A DNA stretch of 64,000 nt from an uncultured candidate division WWE3 bacterium (lineage in GTDB: Bacteria > Patescibacteriota > WWE3 > UBA101185 > UBA10185). The position numbers were made by a program, and so were the translations under genes. The stretch lies in contig CALKWN010000065.1 in the NCBI GenBank assembly GCA_938004185.1, positions 315,111 to 379,110 of the forward strand, in the 5' to 3' direction. The notes beneath the pieces were generated by a model, which was not told where the DNA came from, ran no database searches, and worked only from the letters and a program-made list of their open reading frames with translations. Below, piece by piece: positions 27,127 through 36,991 of this stretch; within the stretch, counting starts at the first letter, position 1, and the number at the start of each line of letters is the position of its first letter.

Positions 27127-30000
27127 TTAACCTACTTTTCGGATCGAAAAATCTTCTCCGGCCTCTATGGATTTGGCCTGGATTTTTTTAGAAATGTCGT
27201 CGTAGAAAAGCTCGATTACCTTCTCCGTATCGTCATCTTTTTCGTAAGTAACTTCGATCGTATCTCCCACTACAAGACCCATTTCTTTTCTTTTTTCCTG
27301 CACTTTTCTTACAAACTCGCGAGCCATTCCTTCCATTTTTAACTGTTCGTTTATGTTTAAATCCAATCCTACTGTAACATTTGAAAAGGACACCGAAGCG
27401 AGGTCGCCTGATACCGAATCAACGTACTGCACATCCTTAACATTCACCTCATCTTGCACAAGCAAGGAAAGCTCAGGATGGGACACGCTCAATCCCGCTA
27501 CCACAATTTTTGATAAGGGCTGACGAACCGAAATTTTTCGGTCGCTTCTTATTGAAAGACCGTATGAAACCAGTTCTCTGACATTTTTCATCTCATCTAT
27601 AAGAGACCTGTTTAACTCGACAAAAGCAGGATCGTGATCGGGATATTTTTCAAGGTGAACTGATTCTTCTCTTAGGTTTGGAGAAAACTTTTTCAAAAGC
27701 TGGTAAATGCTTTCAGTCATAAACGGTATTACCGGAGCCGCCGCTTCACAAAAATTTCTTAAAACATAGAAAAGCGTGCCTATTGCTTCCTCGTCTCCTG
27801 CTGAAATTCTTTCTCTAGATCTTCGCACATACCACCTGGACAGGTCGTCGACAAATTCTTCAACTGCCCTTGCCGATTGAGGAATATAGTATGTCTCCAA
27901 ACTTTCAGATATTGTTTTTACAACTTCGTGCAACCTCGCCGTTATCCAAATATCCAAAATGTTCTCGGATTTGAACTCACCTTTATCTTTCCAGTCGAAT
28001 GCCGATGCGTAGGTTTCGAAATACTTTGCCGAATTCCACAATGGATTCATTACATTTCTGAGTTTAGTCCTTAACTCGGCCTCTTCGAAATTTGCATTTT
28101 CACCAACCATGAGAGGCGAACCCATCAGATAAAGTCTGAGAGAATCTCCTCCGTAGGTTTCGATTACTACCTTGGGATCGGTATAGTTGTTAAATGTCTT
28201 GCTCATTTTTCTTCCGTCAGAACCTGCCATAACTCCTGTTGAGATAACATTTTTAAATGAGTTACTATCGAACACCGCGGTTGAAAGTATGTGCATAACA
28301 TTAAACCACGCTCTTACTTGAGCAATATATTCGACAATGTAATCTCCGGGAAAGTTAGCTTCAAATTTTTCCTTATTTTCAAAAGGGTAATGAATTTGGC
28401 ACCATGGCATAGAACCTGCATCCAGCCATGAATCTAAAACCTCAGTTCTTCTTTTAAATTCTTTTCCGTCTTTTTTTATAACAATTCTATCGATAAAAGG
28501 CCTGTGTAAATCCTCAACCTTCTGGCCCGATAATTCTTCCAATTCTTTTACTGAAGAAATTACTATTCTCTCACCGTCTTCTGCCTCCCAAACCGGCATG
28601 GGAGTAGCCCAATATCTGTTTCTTGATATACACCAATCAGGTTGCTGAACAATGTTCTGTCCGAACCTGCCGTTTTTTAAATGATTTGGAATCCAATTTA
28701 TCTCCTCGTTTAGCTCGGACATTCTTTCTTTTAAAGAGGCTACATTTACAAACCAGCTGTGTTGGGCTCTTTGTATAAGTAGAGTGTCGCATCTGTCGTG
28801 ATATGGGAATCTGTGAGTTACTTTTTCGTTTTTGAATAGCAATCCTGCAGATTCAAGATCGGTTATTAGGGAGGGGTCGGCGTCTTTGTAAAACATTCCG
28901 CTATAAGGATTGGTTTCACCGTCACCCGGAATAAATTTTCCCTCATCGTCTATTGTTAGCATTAGTGTAAGACCGAAGTGTTTTCCCATTTCCGAGTCTA
29001 TTTCACCGAAGCCAGGGGCACTGTGAACAATTCCGGTTCCTTCGTCCATAGTCGCCATTCCGTCATAGTGGTAAATTTCAAATTCCCCTTCCTTACCTTT
29101 GTAATATTTAAAAGGCGGATCGTATTTTAGTCCGACAAGATCGCTGCCCTTTACTGTTTTTAGTACTTTGTATTCTTTTTCTACAAAAACTTCAGCTAAA
29201 CGGAGGTTTGCCGCTACATACTTTTCTTTTTCACATTCAACAAGAGAGTAATCGGCATCTTTATCTAGCACCAATGCCCTATTTGACGGAACAGTCCATG
29301 GGGTGGTTGTCCAGGCCAAAACAAAAACATCTTTAAATTCTCCCTCGCTTAAAATTTTAAATTTTACGGTTATGGCAGGATCTTCAACGTCCTTATACGA
29401 GTTATCCATCGCAACTTCAAAGTTAGACACCGGAGTTCCGCATTTAGTACAAAATAGTGACGTTCTTATACCTTCGTAAACCAATCCCTTATCGTAAAGC
29501 TGTTTGAAAGTCCACATAACGGATTCCATATATTCTTTGTTCGTTGTCCTATAGGCATTTTTTATATCGACCCACCTTCCTATTTTATTAACATACCAGT
29601 CCCACTCGGCTGAAACATCACGCGTATAGTTGTAGCATTCTTCGGCAAATCTTTGTAAACCGAACTTTTCAATATCGCGTCTGTTTTTTATCCCGAACTT
29701 TTTTTGAACCTTATTTTCGACTGTCAGACCGTGGGCATCCCAACCCCAAACTCTTTCGACTCTTTTTCCTTTCATTGTCTGAAACCTGGGAATTACATCT
29801 TTGGCAATAGACCCGAGCAAATGTCCGTAATGCGGAAGTCCTGAGATAAAGGGCGGACCGTCATAAAAAACGTACAAGTTTTCTTTAGGATTTTTTTCTA
29901 CAGACTTTTCAAAAATTTTGTTATCAAGCCAAAAACTCAAAACCTGTTCTTCCATTTGGGGAATTGTTAAGTTTTCTTTTTTATCACGATCTTTGGTCAT
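27127..30000 (-). CDS. ileS: Isoleucine--tRNA ligase (type 2)
   Basis: DGPPF..GLPHYGH, WTTTPWT, GTGIVH, WCISRNRYW, KMSKT; long C-terminal extension typical of IleRS2. Confidence 0.96.
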   Translation of the reverse strand: MTKDRDKKENLTIPQMEEQVLSFWLDNKIFEKSVEKNPKENLYVFYDGPPFISGLPHYGHLLGSIAKDVIPRFQTMKGKRVERVWGWDAHGLTVENKVQKKFGIKNRRDIEKFGLQRFAEECYNYTRDVSAEWDWYVNKIGRWVDIKNAYRTTNKEYMESVMWTFKQLYDKGLVYEGIRTSLFCTKCGTPVSNFEVAMDNSYKDVEDPAITVKFKILSEGEFKDVFVLAWTTTPWTVPSNRALVLDKDADYSLVECEKEKYVAANLRLAEVFVEKEYKVLKTVKGSDLVGLKYDPPFKYYKGKEGEFEIYHYDGMATMDEGTGIVHSAPGFGEIDSEMGKHFGLTLMLTIDDEGKFIPGDGETNPYSGMFYKDADPSLITDLESAGLLFKNEKVTHRFPYHDRCDTLLIQRAQHSWFVNVASLKERMSELNEEINWIPNHLKNGRFGQNIVQQPDWCISRNRYWATPMPVWEAEDGERIVISSVKELEELSGQKVEDLHRPFIDRIVIKKDGKEFKRRTEVLDSWLDAGSMPWCQIHYPFENKEKFEANFPGDYIVEYIAQVRAWFNVMHILSTAVFDSNSFKNVISTGVMAGSDGRKMSKTFNNYTDPKVVIETYGGDSLRLYLMGSPLMVGENANFEEAELRTKLRNVMNPLWNSAKYFETYASAFDWKDKGEFKSENILDIWITARLHEVVKTISESLETYYIPQSARAVEEFVDDLSRWYVRRSRERISAGDEEAIGTLFYVLRNFCEAAAPVIPFMTESIYQLLKKFSPNLREESVHLEKYPDHDPAFVELNRSLIDEMKNVRELVSYGLSIRSDRKISVRQPLSKIVVAGLSVSHPELSLLVQDEVNVKDVQYVDSVSGDLASVSFSNVTVGLDLNINEQLKMEGMAREFVRKVQEKRKEMGLVVGDTIEVTYEKDDDTEKVIELFYDDISKKIQAKSIEAGEDFSIRKVG

Positions 30001-30146
30001 AACAAAGAAATTTTATCAAATTTGGGGCGCTTCGTTACCAATCTGCTCGGAAAAATAAATGTCGTTTACGTGGGCACGGTGCACAAGAAGACCTATCAAA
30101 CCTGACATTATTAAAATTAGCAATAAAAGTAGTAGGTAGGTTTTTT

Positions 30147-30698
30147 TCATTTTATTGGTTTCCAAAGTCTTTCCTCTCTAGAAAGTTCCATATTCACGTA
30201 TCTTGCCAAAACAAACAACAGGTCTGAAAGTCTGTTTATGTAAGGAAGAAGAAACCTCAATGATTTCTTTCCACCCTTGTTTATGTATGAAACAAAAGTT
30301 CTTTCAAGAGATCTCACCTTTACACGCGCCAGGTGAATCTGCGAAGCGGCCTCCGATCCTCCGGGTATTATAAAGGACTTGATTTCAGGCAACTGTCTTT
30401 GAAAGATGTCTATCTGGTCTTCTAAGTACCGTGTTTTCTTTTCCCATTCTCCGGCAGCTTCCTTTTTTAGCTTTAATCCTGCGATATACGCCCCGATCAT
30501 AAACAAATCTTCCTGCGTAGCTTCTAAAACCGGCACCGTTCGGCTTTTCTTTAGTGAAGACAACGCACACCCTAGTATCGCGTTTATTTCATCTGCGGTG
30601 CCAAGAAGCTCAAAAACCGGCTTTGATTTGAGTATCCGCTTTTTTGTTCCTAACAGGGATGACTTACCGGCGTCGCCATCTTTTGTGTATATCTGCAT
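30147..30698 (-). CDS. pduO: PduO-type cob(I)alamin adenosyltransferase
   Basis: IYTKDGDAG, GTADEIN, FIIPGG, RSLER, YINRLSDLLFVLAR. Confidence 0.92.
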   Translation of the reverse strand: MQIYTKDGDAGKSSLLGTKKRILKSKPVFELLGTADEINAILGCALSSLKKSRTVPVLEATQEDLFMIGAYIAGLKLKKEAAGEWEKKTRYLEDQIDIFQRQLPEIKSFIIPGGSEAASQIHLARVKVRSLERTFVSYINKGGKKSLRFLLPYINRLSDLLFVLARYVNMELSREERLWKPIK

Positions 30699-30713
30699 AC
30701 TATGATGATACCA

Positions 30714-33242
30714 CTAACACCTGCTATATCCGCACTGGTAGCACTTAGCGCAACCTTCTTCCAGGACAAGTGTATAATTTCCGCATTCCGGGCACATATC
30801 GGTGTTGGAGAATACCTGCGATGGGGACTGCTGCCTATCCTCTACTGTTGTACCCCCGTTTCCGCCCTCATTTCCTCCTTCATCACCGTTCTTACTGCCG
30901 TTTTCCTTTACGGTAAAACCAAATTCTTCGGCTAAAACCTTCGCGACGGCGTCCGGTAAAGAACTGACTCTATTTTTACCGAATCCGATGGATTTTGACC
31001 CACCTATTCCTGCTAGTTGAACTATTATTTCGCGAACAATTTCAAGATTGAAGTGGGGCATTCTGAGCCAACCGGACAAAAGACGACCTAATCCTTCGGC
31101 TAAGGCGGCAACATCACTACCTGCTTTCCCGACGTTTAAAAATACCTCAAGAGGTCTGCCTGAATCATCTTTATTGATTGTAATAAAAGCGTTTCCCTGA
31201 GGTGTTTTTACCTTATATGTTGTTCCGCTAAGCTTATATCCCCTGGTAATAAGTATCTCTTCTATAGATTTATCCTGGCTGGATAAATGTATCTCTTTAT
31301 TAATCGGTTCTGATGGCGTTTCTTTTGAATCCTTGGTCTCTTTCTGATCTTTTGTTGATTTTGTCTCCAATACTACTTCCTGCCTACTGCCTGTAACGTA
31401 AACTGTTAAACCCTTACATCCGGTCTGCCATCCCAGCATATAAACCTTGGCGACATCTTCTTTTGTGGCACCTTCCGGAAAGTTGCATGTCTTGGATATT
31501 GAATTATCAACAAAAGCCTGAATTGAAGCCTGTGTAAGTATGTGTTCTTCCGGGGTAACCTCGGCAGAAACGACAAAAGTATTTCGTACACTCTCCGGCA
31601 ACTCTAAGATGCCTCTGCATGTTCCGGTTTCAATTACCCTATCAATTATTGATTTTTTCATTTCTTCGGAAAAGTTCAGTTTATCTAAAGCTTTCTGGAA
31701 AAAGGGGCTCACGTAAGCAAGGGTCATCTTTCCCTCATCTCCGGCGCTCTGGTAAACATTCCTGTAGTAAGCCAAAGCAAAAACCGGTTCACATCCGTAG
31801 CCTTCAACGCCTGCAACAGTAGAAATTGTACCTGTGGGAGCAATGGTGGCCTGAGCACCGTTTCTAATACCGTAGAGCTTTATTCCGTCCAAAATCGAGT
31901 CCCAGTTAATCCAGGGTCGGCCGAAATTCCTTTTATACTCTTTTATCGGTTTTGGGGGTGCCCATTTTAGGTTTTCCGGATCATAAATACTTCCATGGAT
32001 TTTTCTAAACGGCCCCCTTTCTTTTGCTAGCTCAATAGAGGCTCTCATAGAATGGAATCTAATAAATTCCGAAACCTGGGCGGCAAACTCCTGACCTTCT
32101 TCGCTGCCGTATCTTATACCCAAAGAGTACATAGCATCCGCCAAAGCCATAAAACCGAGTCCTATTCTTCTGACGTCCATGGCCGCATCTTTTATCTCCG
32201 GAACAGCAGGTATGTACCTATTGGCTTCTACGACATTATCCAAAAATCTTGTAGCCGATATTACGGTCTTTTCAAGTTCTTCCCAGTTTAGTCTTCCGTC
32301 TTCAGTAAGATGCTCTGCCAGGTTTATGGATCCTAAACAACAGTTTTCGTAAGGTCCCAGCCACTGCTCACCGCAGGGATTTGTTGCTTCTAACTCGTAC
32401 ATGTGCGGAACCGGGTTTTCTTTGTTTGCCGTATCTATAAATAAAACACCGGGCTCTCCGTTTCTGTGCGCGCACTCTACAATCAAGTCAAATATTTCTC
32501 TTGCCCTTGGCGTTTCCGCCACTTTTTTTGTATGAGGATCTATTAATTCATAGGTTGTATCGTTTTTTACGGCCTCCATAAACACATCGGTAAGAGCAAC
32601 TGACAAGTTAAAATTGGATATTGTACCTTCAACTGCTTTTGAGGCAATAAAATCTCTTATATCCGGGTGGTCCACTCTTAAAACACCCATATTTGCCCCT
32701 CTTCTGACACCTCCTTGAGCTATTTCTCCGAAGGCGGCATCATATACCTTTAAAAATCCTACGGGTCCTGTGGCAACACCGTTGCTCGCCGAAACCCTCG
32801 ACCCTTTAGGTCTTAGCCTTGTAAAAGAAAATCCGTTTCCTCCGCCGCTTTGCTGGATTAAAGACGCAACTCTAAGGGTAGAAAAAATACCGTCCTTCTG
32901 CTTTCCCAAATCGTCTGCTATTGGAAGAACGAAGCAGGCAGCTAACTGGCCCAAAGGAGTTCCTGCACCTGTAAAGGTGGGCGAGTTCGGAAAAAATTTT
33001 TTGGTAGAAAGTAAGTTGTAAAATTCTATTTTAGATCTCTCTACATCAGCGTACGGTCTGTCGGGCTCAGCCATAATATTAGAGATGCGTTCAAACATCT
33101 GCTCAGGAGTTTCGCTTACCTGACCATTTTCATCTCGTCTAAGATATCTTTTCTCAAGAATCTTTGCAGCGTTATCAGAAAATTCAATATACTGGTTTTT
33201 GGAGAAAGCAGACGCATCTTCACGGTAGAGAAAACTACTCAT
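30714..33242 (-). CDS. nrdJ: Adenosylcobalamin-dependent (class II) ribonucleotide reductase with C-terminal TSCPD/Zn region
   Basis: PNSPT, ACFV, TNPCGEQ, CCLGS, APTGTIS, ISKT; C-terminal CPECG...EGC..C..CG; no ATP cone. Confidence 0.93.
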   Translation of the reverse strand: MSSFLYREDASAFSKNQYIEFSDNAAKILEKRYLRRDENGQVSETPEQMFERISNIMAEPDRPYADVERSKIEFYNLLSTKKFFPNSPTFTGAGTPLGQLAACFVLPIADDLGKQKDGIFSTLRVASLIQQSGGGNGFSFTRLRPKGSRVSASNGVATGPVGFLKVYDAAFGEIAQGGVRRGANMGVLRVDHPDIRDFIASKAVEGTISNFNLSVALTDVFMEAVKNDTTYELIDPHTKKVAETPRAREIFDLIVECAHRNGEPGVLFIDTANKENPVPHMYELEATNPCGEQWLGPYENCCLGSINLAEHLTEDGRLNWEELEKTVISATRFLDNVVEANRYIPAVPEIKDAAMDVRRIGLGFMALADAMYSLGIRYGSEEGQEFAAQVSEFIRFHSMRASIELAKERGPFRKIHGSIYDPENLKWAPPKPIKEYKRNFGRPWINWDSILDGIKLYGIRNGAQATIAPTGTISTVAGVEGYGCEPVFALAYYRNVYQSAGDEGKMTLAYVSPFFQKALDKLNFSEEMKKSIIDRVIETGTCRGILELPESVRNTFVVSAEVTPEEHILTQASIQAFVDNSISKTCNFPEGATKEDVAKVYMLGWQTGCKGLTVYVTGSRQEVVLETKSTKDQKETKDSKETPSEPINKEIHLSSQDKSIEEILITRGYKLSGTTYKVKTPQGNAFITINKDDSGRPLEVFLNVGKAGSDVAALAEGLGRLLSGWLRMPHFNLEIVREIIVQLAGIGGSKSIGFGKNRVSSLPDAVAKVLAEEFGFTVKENGSKNGDEGGNEGGNGGTTVEDRQQSPSQVFSNTDMCPECGNYTLVLEEGCAKCYQCGYSRC

Positions 33243-33253
33243 AATAATTTATG

Positions 33254-33312
33254 AGTCTCACAAGCCGGCAACCTTTCACTGCCCGAAGCAAAAATTGTCG
33301 GAACGCGAGACT
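33254..33312 (-). promoter_or_regulatory. Structured 5' leader hairpin of nrdJ
   Basis: 59-nt interrupted hairpin with G-U pairs valid on the minus strand, ending 11 nt before ATG. Confidence 0.6.
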
Positions 33313-33516
33313 GTATGAACTAAATACTGCTTAGTAAATGAAATCAAAAAAACGGAAAATATACAAGGAAATCTTCGTTAGGATATTAGAACAATCTGTT
33401 GATTTTATAAAGAGAAATTTTTGTGAATGTTGAGATACCGCAATTTTAAAAATTTGGTAGGTCGGGAGATGCTTTTATAAAAATTTTCCGGCAACCGCTG
33501 TGAAAAAGGCTTGGGC

Positions 33517-33566
33517 TTACTTCTGCCTCAAATTCTATTTCTGTCTCAGATTTACTTCTGTCTTAA
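33517..33566 (-). repeat. Three 15-bp tandem copies encoding L-R-Q-K-stop at the ftsZ 3' end
   Basis: TTAAGACAGAAGTAA, CTGAGACAGAAATAG and TTGAGGCAGAAGTAA on the minus strand. Confidence 0.8.
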
Positions 33567-34739
33567 AAATGTAGGTATATCAAACCCGGTTCCGTAATCT
33601 TCCTCTTCGGCATCATCGGGTTTCCACATATCCGCAGGCAGTTTGGGTTTTTTCTCTTCAGTAACCGGTGTTTCCGGCTTTACTGGCTGCATTATAGGAG
33701 GTTGAACAGGAGTTTCAGGTTTGGGTCTATTCTGTACTTGGCTGTAGTGCTTTTCCACATATCCGGCCACAGAATCATCTTCTTCAGGAACCTCAAAACC
33801 GGTTGCAATTACCGTTATCTTAAGCTGACCTGCAAGTTCATCGTCTATGGATGTACCGAAAATGATATCAGCTTCTTCATTTGCAATACTCCTAATAATA
33901 TTTGCCGCTCTGTCTACTTCTCTCATTGTAAGATCGGGCCCGCCCGAAATATTGAACAATATGCCTTTTGCTCCCTCAACGGATTGCTCCAGCAAAGGAG
34001 AAGATATTGCCGCTCTGGCTGCAACTTCAGCACGATTCTCTCCGGTACCTATACCTATGCCCATTAGTGCAGTCCCGGCGTCCTTCATAATAGTTTTAAC
34101 ATCCGCGAAATCTACATTAATAAGTCCCGGCATGACAATCAAATCAGAAATACCCTGTACACCTTGGTTTAAAACGCTGTCCGACAACCTAAAGGCATCT
34201 ATTATGGACATATCTTCGTCAGCAACTTCTAATAGCTTCTGGTTCGGAATAGTAATAAGAGCATCCACTTCTTTTCTAAGTTCTTCCATGCCTCTGTCGG
34301 CAGCACGCATTCTCTGTATACCTTCGAAATGAAAAGGTTTCGTTACAACCCCTATGGTAAGGGCACCCGACTCTTTGGCGACCTTTGCAACAACAGGAGA
34401 TGCCCCGGTACCTGTACCGCCACCCAAACCTGCAGTTATAAACACCATGTTTGCACCCTCGAGATTATTTTTTATCAGATCCATAGATTCTTCGGCCGCT
34501 TTCTTTCCGATTTCAGGATTAGATCCTGCACCCAGACCCTGTGTAAGTTCTTGACCGATAGGTATTTTTATTACTGCTTTGTTTATGGAAAGATCTTGGG
34601 CGTCTGTGTTAATTGCAACAAACTCAACACCCCTTATCTGATTGGACTCGATCATCGAGTTTATTACGTTTCCGCCGGCACCGCCGACACCGACGACGCG
34701 AATTTTTGCAAATCGTTCTATTTCTGGTTTAACTTGCAT
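33552..34739 (-). CDS. ftsZ: Cell division protein FtsZ
   Basis: [27 protein letters not shown]-terminal DIPTFLR. Confidence 0.99.
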   Translation of the reverse strand: MQVKPEIERFAKIRVVGVGGAGGNVINSMIESNQIRGVEFVAINTDAQDLSINKAVIKIPIGQELTQGLGAGSNPEIGKKAAEESMDLIKNNLEGANMVFITAGLGGGTGTGASPVVAKVAKESGALTIGVVTKPFHFEGIQRMRAADRGMEELRKEVDALITIPNQKLLEVADEDMSIIDAFRLSDSVLNQGVQGISDLIVMPGLINVDFADVKTIMKDAGTALMGIGIGTGENRAEVAARAAISSPLLEQSVEGAKGILFNISGGPDLTMREVDRAANIIRSIANEEADIIFGTSIDDELAGQLKITVIATGFEVPEEDDSVAGYVEKHYSQVQNRPKPETPVQPPIMQPVKPETPVTEEKKPKLPADMWKPDDAEEEDYGTGFDIPTFLRQK

Positions 34740-34748
34740 TGCCTTTAC

Positions 34749-34794
34749 ACCGATCGGAAAAATAGTTTCCGAAACGGTACTGACATAATACCAA
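34749..34794 (-). promoter_or_regulatory. Probable ftsZ promoter (extended -10) and 5' UTR hairpin
   Basis: TGGTATTAT at 34786-34794, then stem ACCG.TCGGAAA/TTTCCGA.CGGT at 34749-34778. Confidence 0.5.
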
Positions 34795-34868
34795 ATTTAT
34801 TTATCAACACTTAATTTTTTAGGGCAGTTAAAAATTCTACTATACAAAAAACCCTAAAAACTTTCTTT

Positions 34869-36125
34869 TTAGGGCAGAAAAGATTTAAGTTTACCGAAAA
34901 TCTTAAAAAAACTTTTGTTCATATTACCCCTCTTGTCATCAAAAGACAATAACTGACTGCCTCTAAAAAGTTTTACGCCGTACAAAACAGCTCCTACTCC
35001 GGCAGAAGAAGAGGGACCCTGAATTTCATCTATTAACCCCGTCACACCTCTCGGAATTCCTAAACGTACGGGCATTTTTAAATTTAACTTGGCATTTCTT
35101 TCTACATTTGCAGTGAGGGCACCGCCCCCCGTAATTACAACACCAGCTGGTAACTTACCTGTCAGATTAACTTTCTGAACTTCCAGAGCAATAAGTCTGA
35201 AAATTTCTTCCAGGCGTGCATCAAGAATCTTGTAAAGCATTTGTCTGGGAAGACGGTCGATCTCGAGACCGAATTCTGAAACATCAAAATCCTCATCTTT
35301 TTTTACGGCATCTGAATTTTTTGAAATTGCGGCTTCGTTGCTGAGCCTTATTTTTATGCGTTCGGCGTCCTCTAAACGGGATCTTAGTCCTATGGCCAAA
35401 TCACTCGTAATAAGCTTTCCGCCTATCGGAAGAACGGCTGAGTGAACCGGACTTCCGTCGAGAAATGCAATCATTGAGGTAGTACCGCCCCCTATATCAA
35501 CCAACAAAGTACCGAGCTCTTTTTCCGTATCAGTCAGTACAGCTTCTGCTGAAGCTACACCCGTGTATACCATTTCTTCGACGTTTACTCCAACCTGATT
35601 AACACATTTCAAAATGTTTCTTAAAGCTATGGAAGCGCCGTGAATAATGTTGGTTTCAACCTCTAACCTTACACCTGACATGCCGACAGGATCTTTTATA
35701 CCTTCCTGAGAATCTATTGAAAAATCTCTTGGAATAACATGGATGATCTCGCGTGTAGAGGGAAGGGAAACCGCCTGTGCCGCCTCAATAACTCTCGTAA
35801 CATCTTCTTTTGATATCTCGCTGGTCTGGCTCGGAGAGACAGCAACAACACCATGCGAATTAAGGGTTTCTATATGGCCTCCGTTTATGGTCACAAAAGC
35901 ACTTGAAACCGAAACGCCGGCCATTCTTTCAGCCTTCTCTATGCTGGCAGCAATAGCCTCAACTGCGCTATCGATATCAACAACATTTCCTTTATTTACA
36001 CCTTTTGAAGGAACTTCGCCCGAAACACCTATTACAGACACCTTCGACTCAGAGACCGATGCGATGGTCGTACCCACCTTAGTGGAGCCGATGTCTATTC
36101 CTGTAATTATCTTTTCTTTGGGCAT
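34869..36125 (-). CDS. ftsA: Cell division protein FtsA
   Basis: GIDIGSTK, AERMAG, PVGMSGVRLE, DIGGGT, VITGGG. Confidence 0.97.
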   Translation of the reverse strand: MPKEKIITGIDIGSTKVGTTIASVSESKVSVIGVSGEVPSKGVNKGNVVDIDSAVEAIAASIEKAERMAGVSVSSAFVTINGGHIETLNSHGVVAVSPSQTSEISKEDVTRVIEAAQAVSLPSTREIIHVIPRDFSIDSQEGIKDPVGMSGVRLEVETNIIHGASIALRNILKCVNQVGVNVEEMVYTGVASAEAVLTDTEKELGTLLVDIGGGTTSMIAFLDGSPVHSAVLPIGGKLITSDLAIGLRSRLEDAERIKIRLSNEAAISKNSDAVKKDEDFDVSEFGLEIDRLPRQMLYKILDARLEEIFRLIALEVQKVNLTGKLPAGVVITGGGALTANVERNAKLNLKMPVRLGIPRGVTGLIDEIQGPSSSAGVGAVLYGVKLFRGSQLLSFDDKRGNMNKSFFKIFGKLKSFLP

Positions 36126-36139
36126 ATTGCGGTTAAAAC

Positions 36140-36991
36140 CTACTCATATAATACTATTACTTTATCATATCGTAAATCAATTTTAATTACGGATTTTCCC
36201 TCGAGAAGGAGATTTTTATATATCTTTTCCAACTTTTTAACTGACTCTGATACATTTTTCAAATTACTTATGAATATCTCTGTAGGCCCCAAATAAAGCT
36301 TTGAGTACCTTTCGCTGAAACTTACACTACTTACATCAAGCCCGGCCTGACCGGCTTCGGTCAAAATTTCAACACTAACCGGCACTATGTTAGCCTCTAA
36401 AAAAGTACCGACATTAATATCCCCGCTATAGACTATAAGAGGCAGTCCCATGAATTCCTCGGATACTTCTCCTAAAACGTAACCCTCAACATCGATAAGA
36501 TAGTAAGGATTGTCTTTTCCTTTACTGATAATAGCTAATGGCACCCTTTCGTCTATTTTTATTACCAAATTATCCGGATAGTCTACTGATACATCAATAT
36601 TTTTTGCACCGAGAAAATTTGATTTTAATGTTTCTGCAATCTCAGAAGAGTTTAGAAAAAAAATACTGTGCCCTCCCATTTTCTGATAAACCATGCTGTT
36701 AAAATCTTCCACATTTACGAAAGTGCCTCCTCCTATTACCGATATATTTTTAACTGTGAATTTAGGATTTAAATAAATATACTGATACAAAAAGTAGCCT
36801 ATAAACCCAAGTGTTAAAAAAACAATAACTATCTTAATAATAATTCGGTATTTTCTGGCAAGGACACGTGGGTTTCTAATACCTCTTTTTCTTCCTCTTA
36901 TCTTATTTAATAAGATCTGGTTCCCGCTGGTTTGTACAGGATATTTTTTACTGCCCAGATTTTTTCTTGAGCTTAATGGTTTCATTGGCAA
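36140..36991 (-). CDS. ftsQ: Cell division protein FtsQ/DivIB
   Basis: Basic N-terminus, TM, POTRA-like region, ERVP, C-terminal IDLRY; located between murG and ftsA. Confidence 0.85.
   Translation of the reverse strand: MPMKPLSSRKNLGSKKYPVQTSGNQILLNKIRGRKRGIRNPRVLARKYRIIIKIVIVFLTLGFIGYFLYQYIYLNPKFTVKNISVIGGGTFVNVEDFNSMVYQKMGGHSIFFLNSSEIAETLKSNFLGAKNIDVSVDYPDNLVIKIDERVPLAIISKGKDNPYYLIDVEGYVLGEVSEEFMGLPLIVYSGDINVGTFLEANIVPVSVEILTEAGQAGLDVSSVSFSERYSKLYLGPTEIFISNLKNVSESVKKLEKIYKNLLLEGKSVIKIDLRYDKVIVLYE

Noticed and set aside
30853-30890. GDEGGNEGGNGG repeat in nrdJ
   Set aside because: It is an ordinary low-complexity linker before the C-terminal Cys motif.
33317-33332. NrdR-box-like CTAAATACTG in the nrdJ leader
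   Set aside because: It is a single imperfect match with no tandem partner, and no nrdR is in the window.
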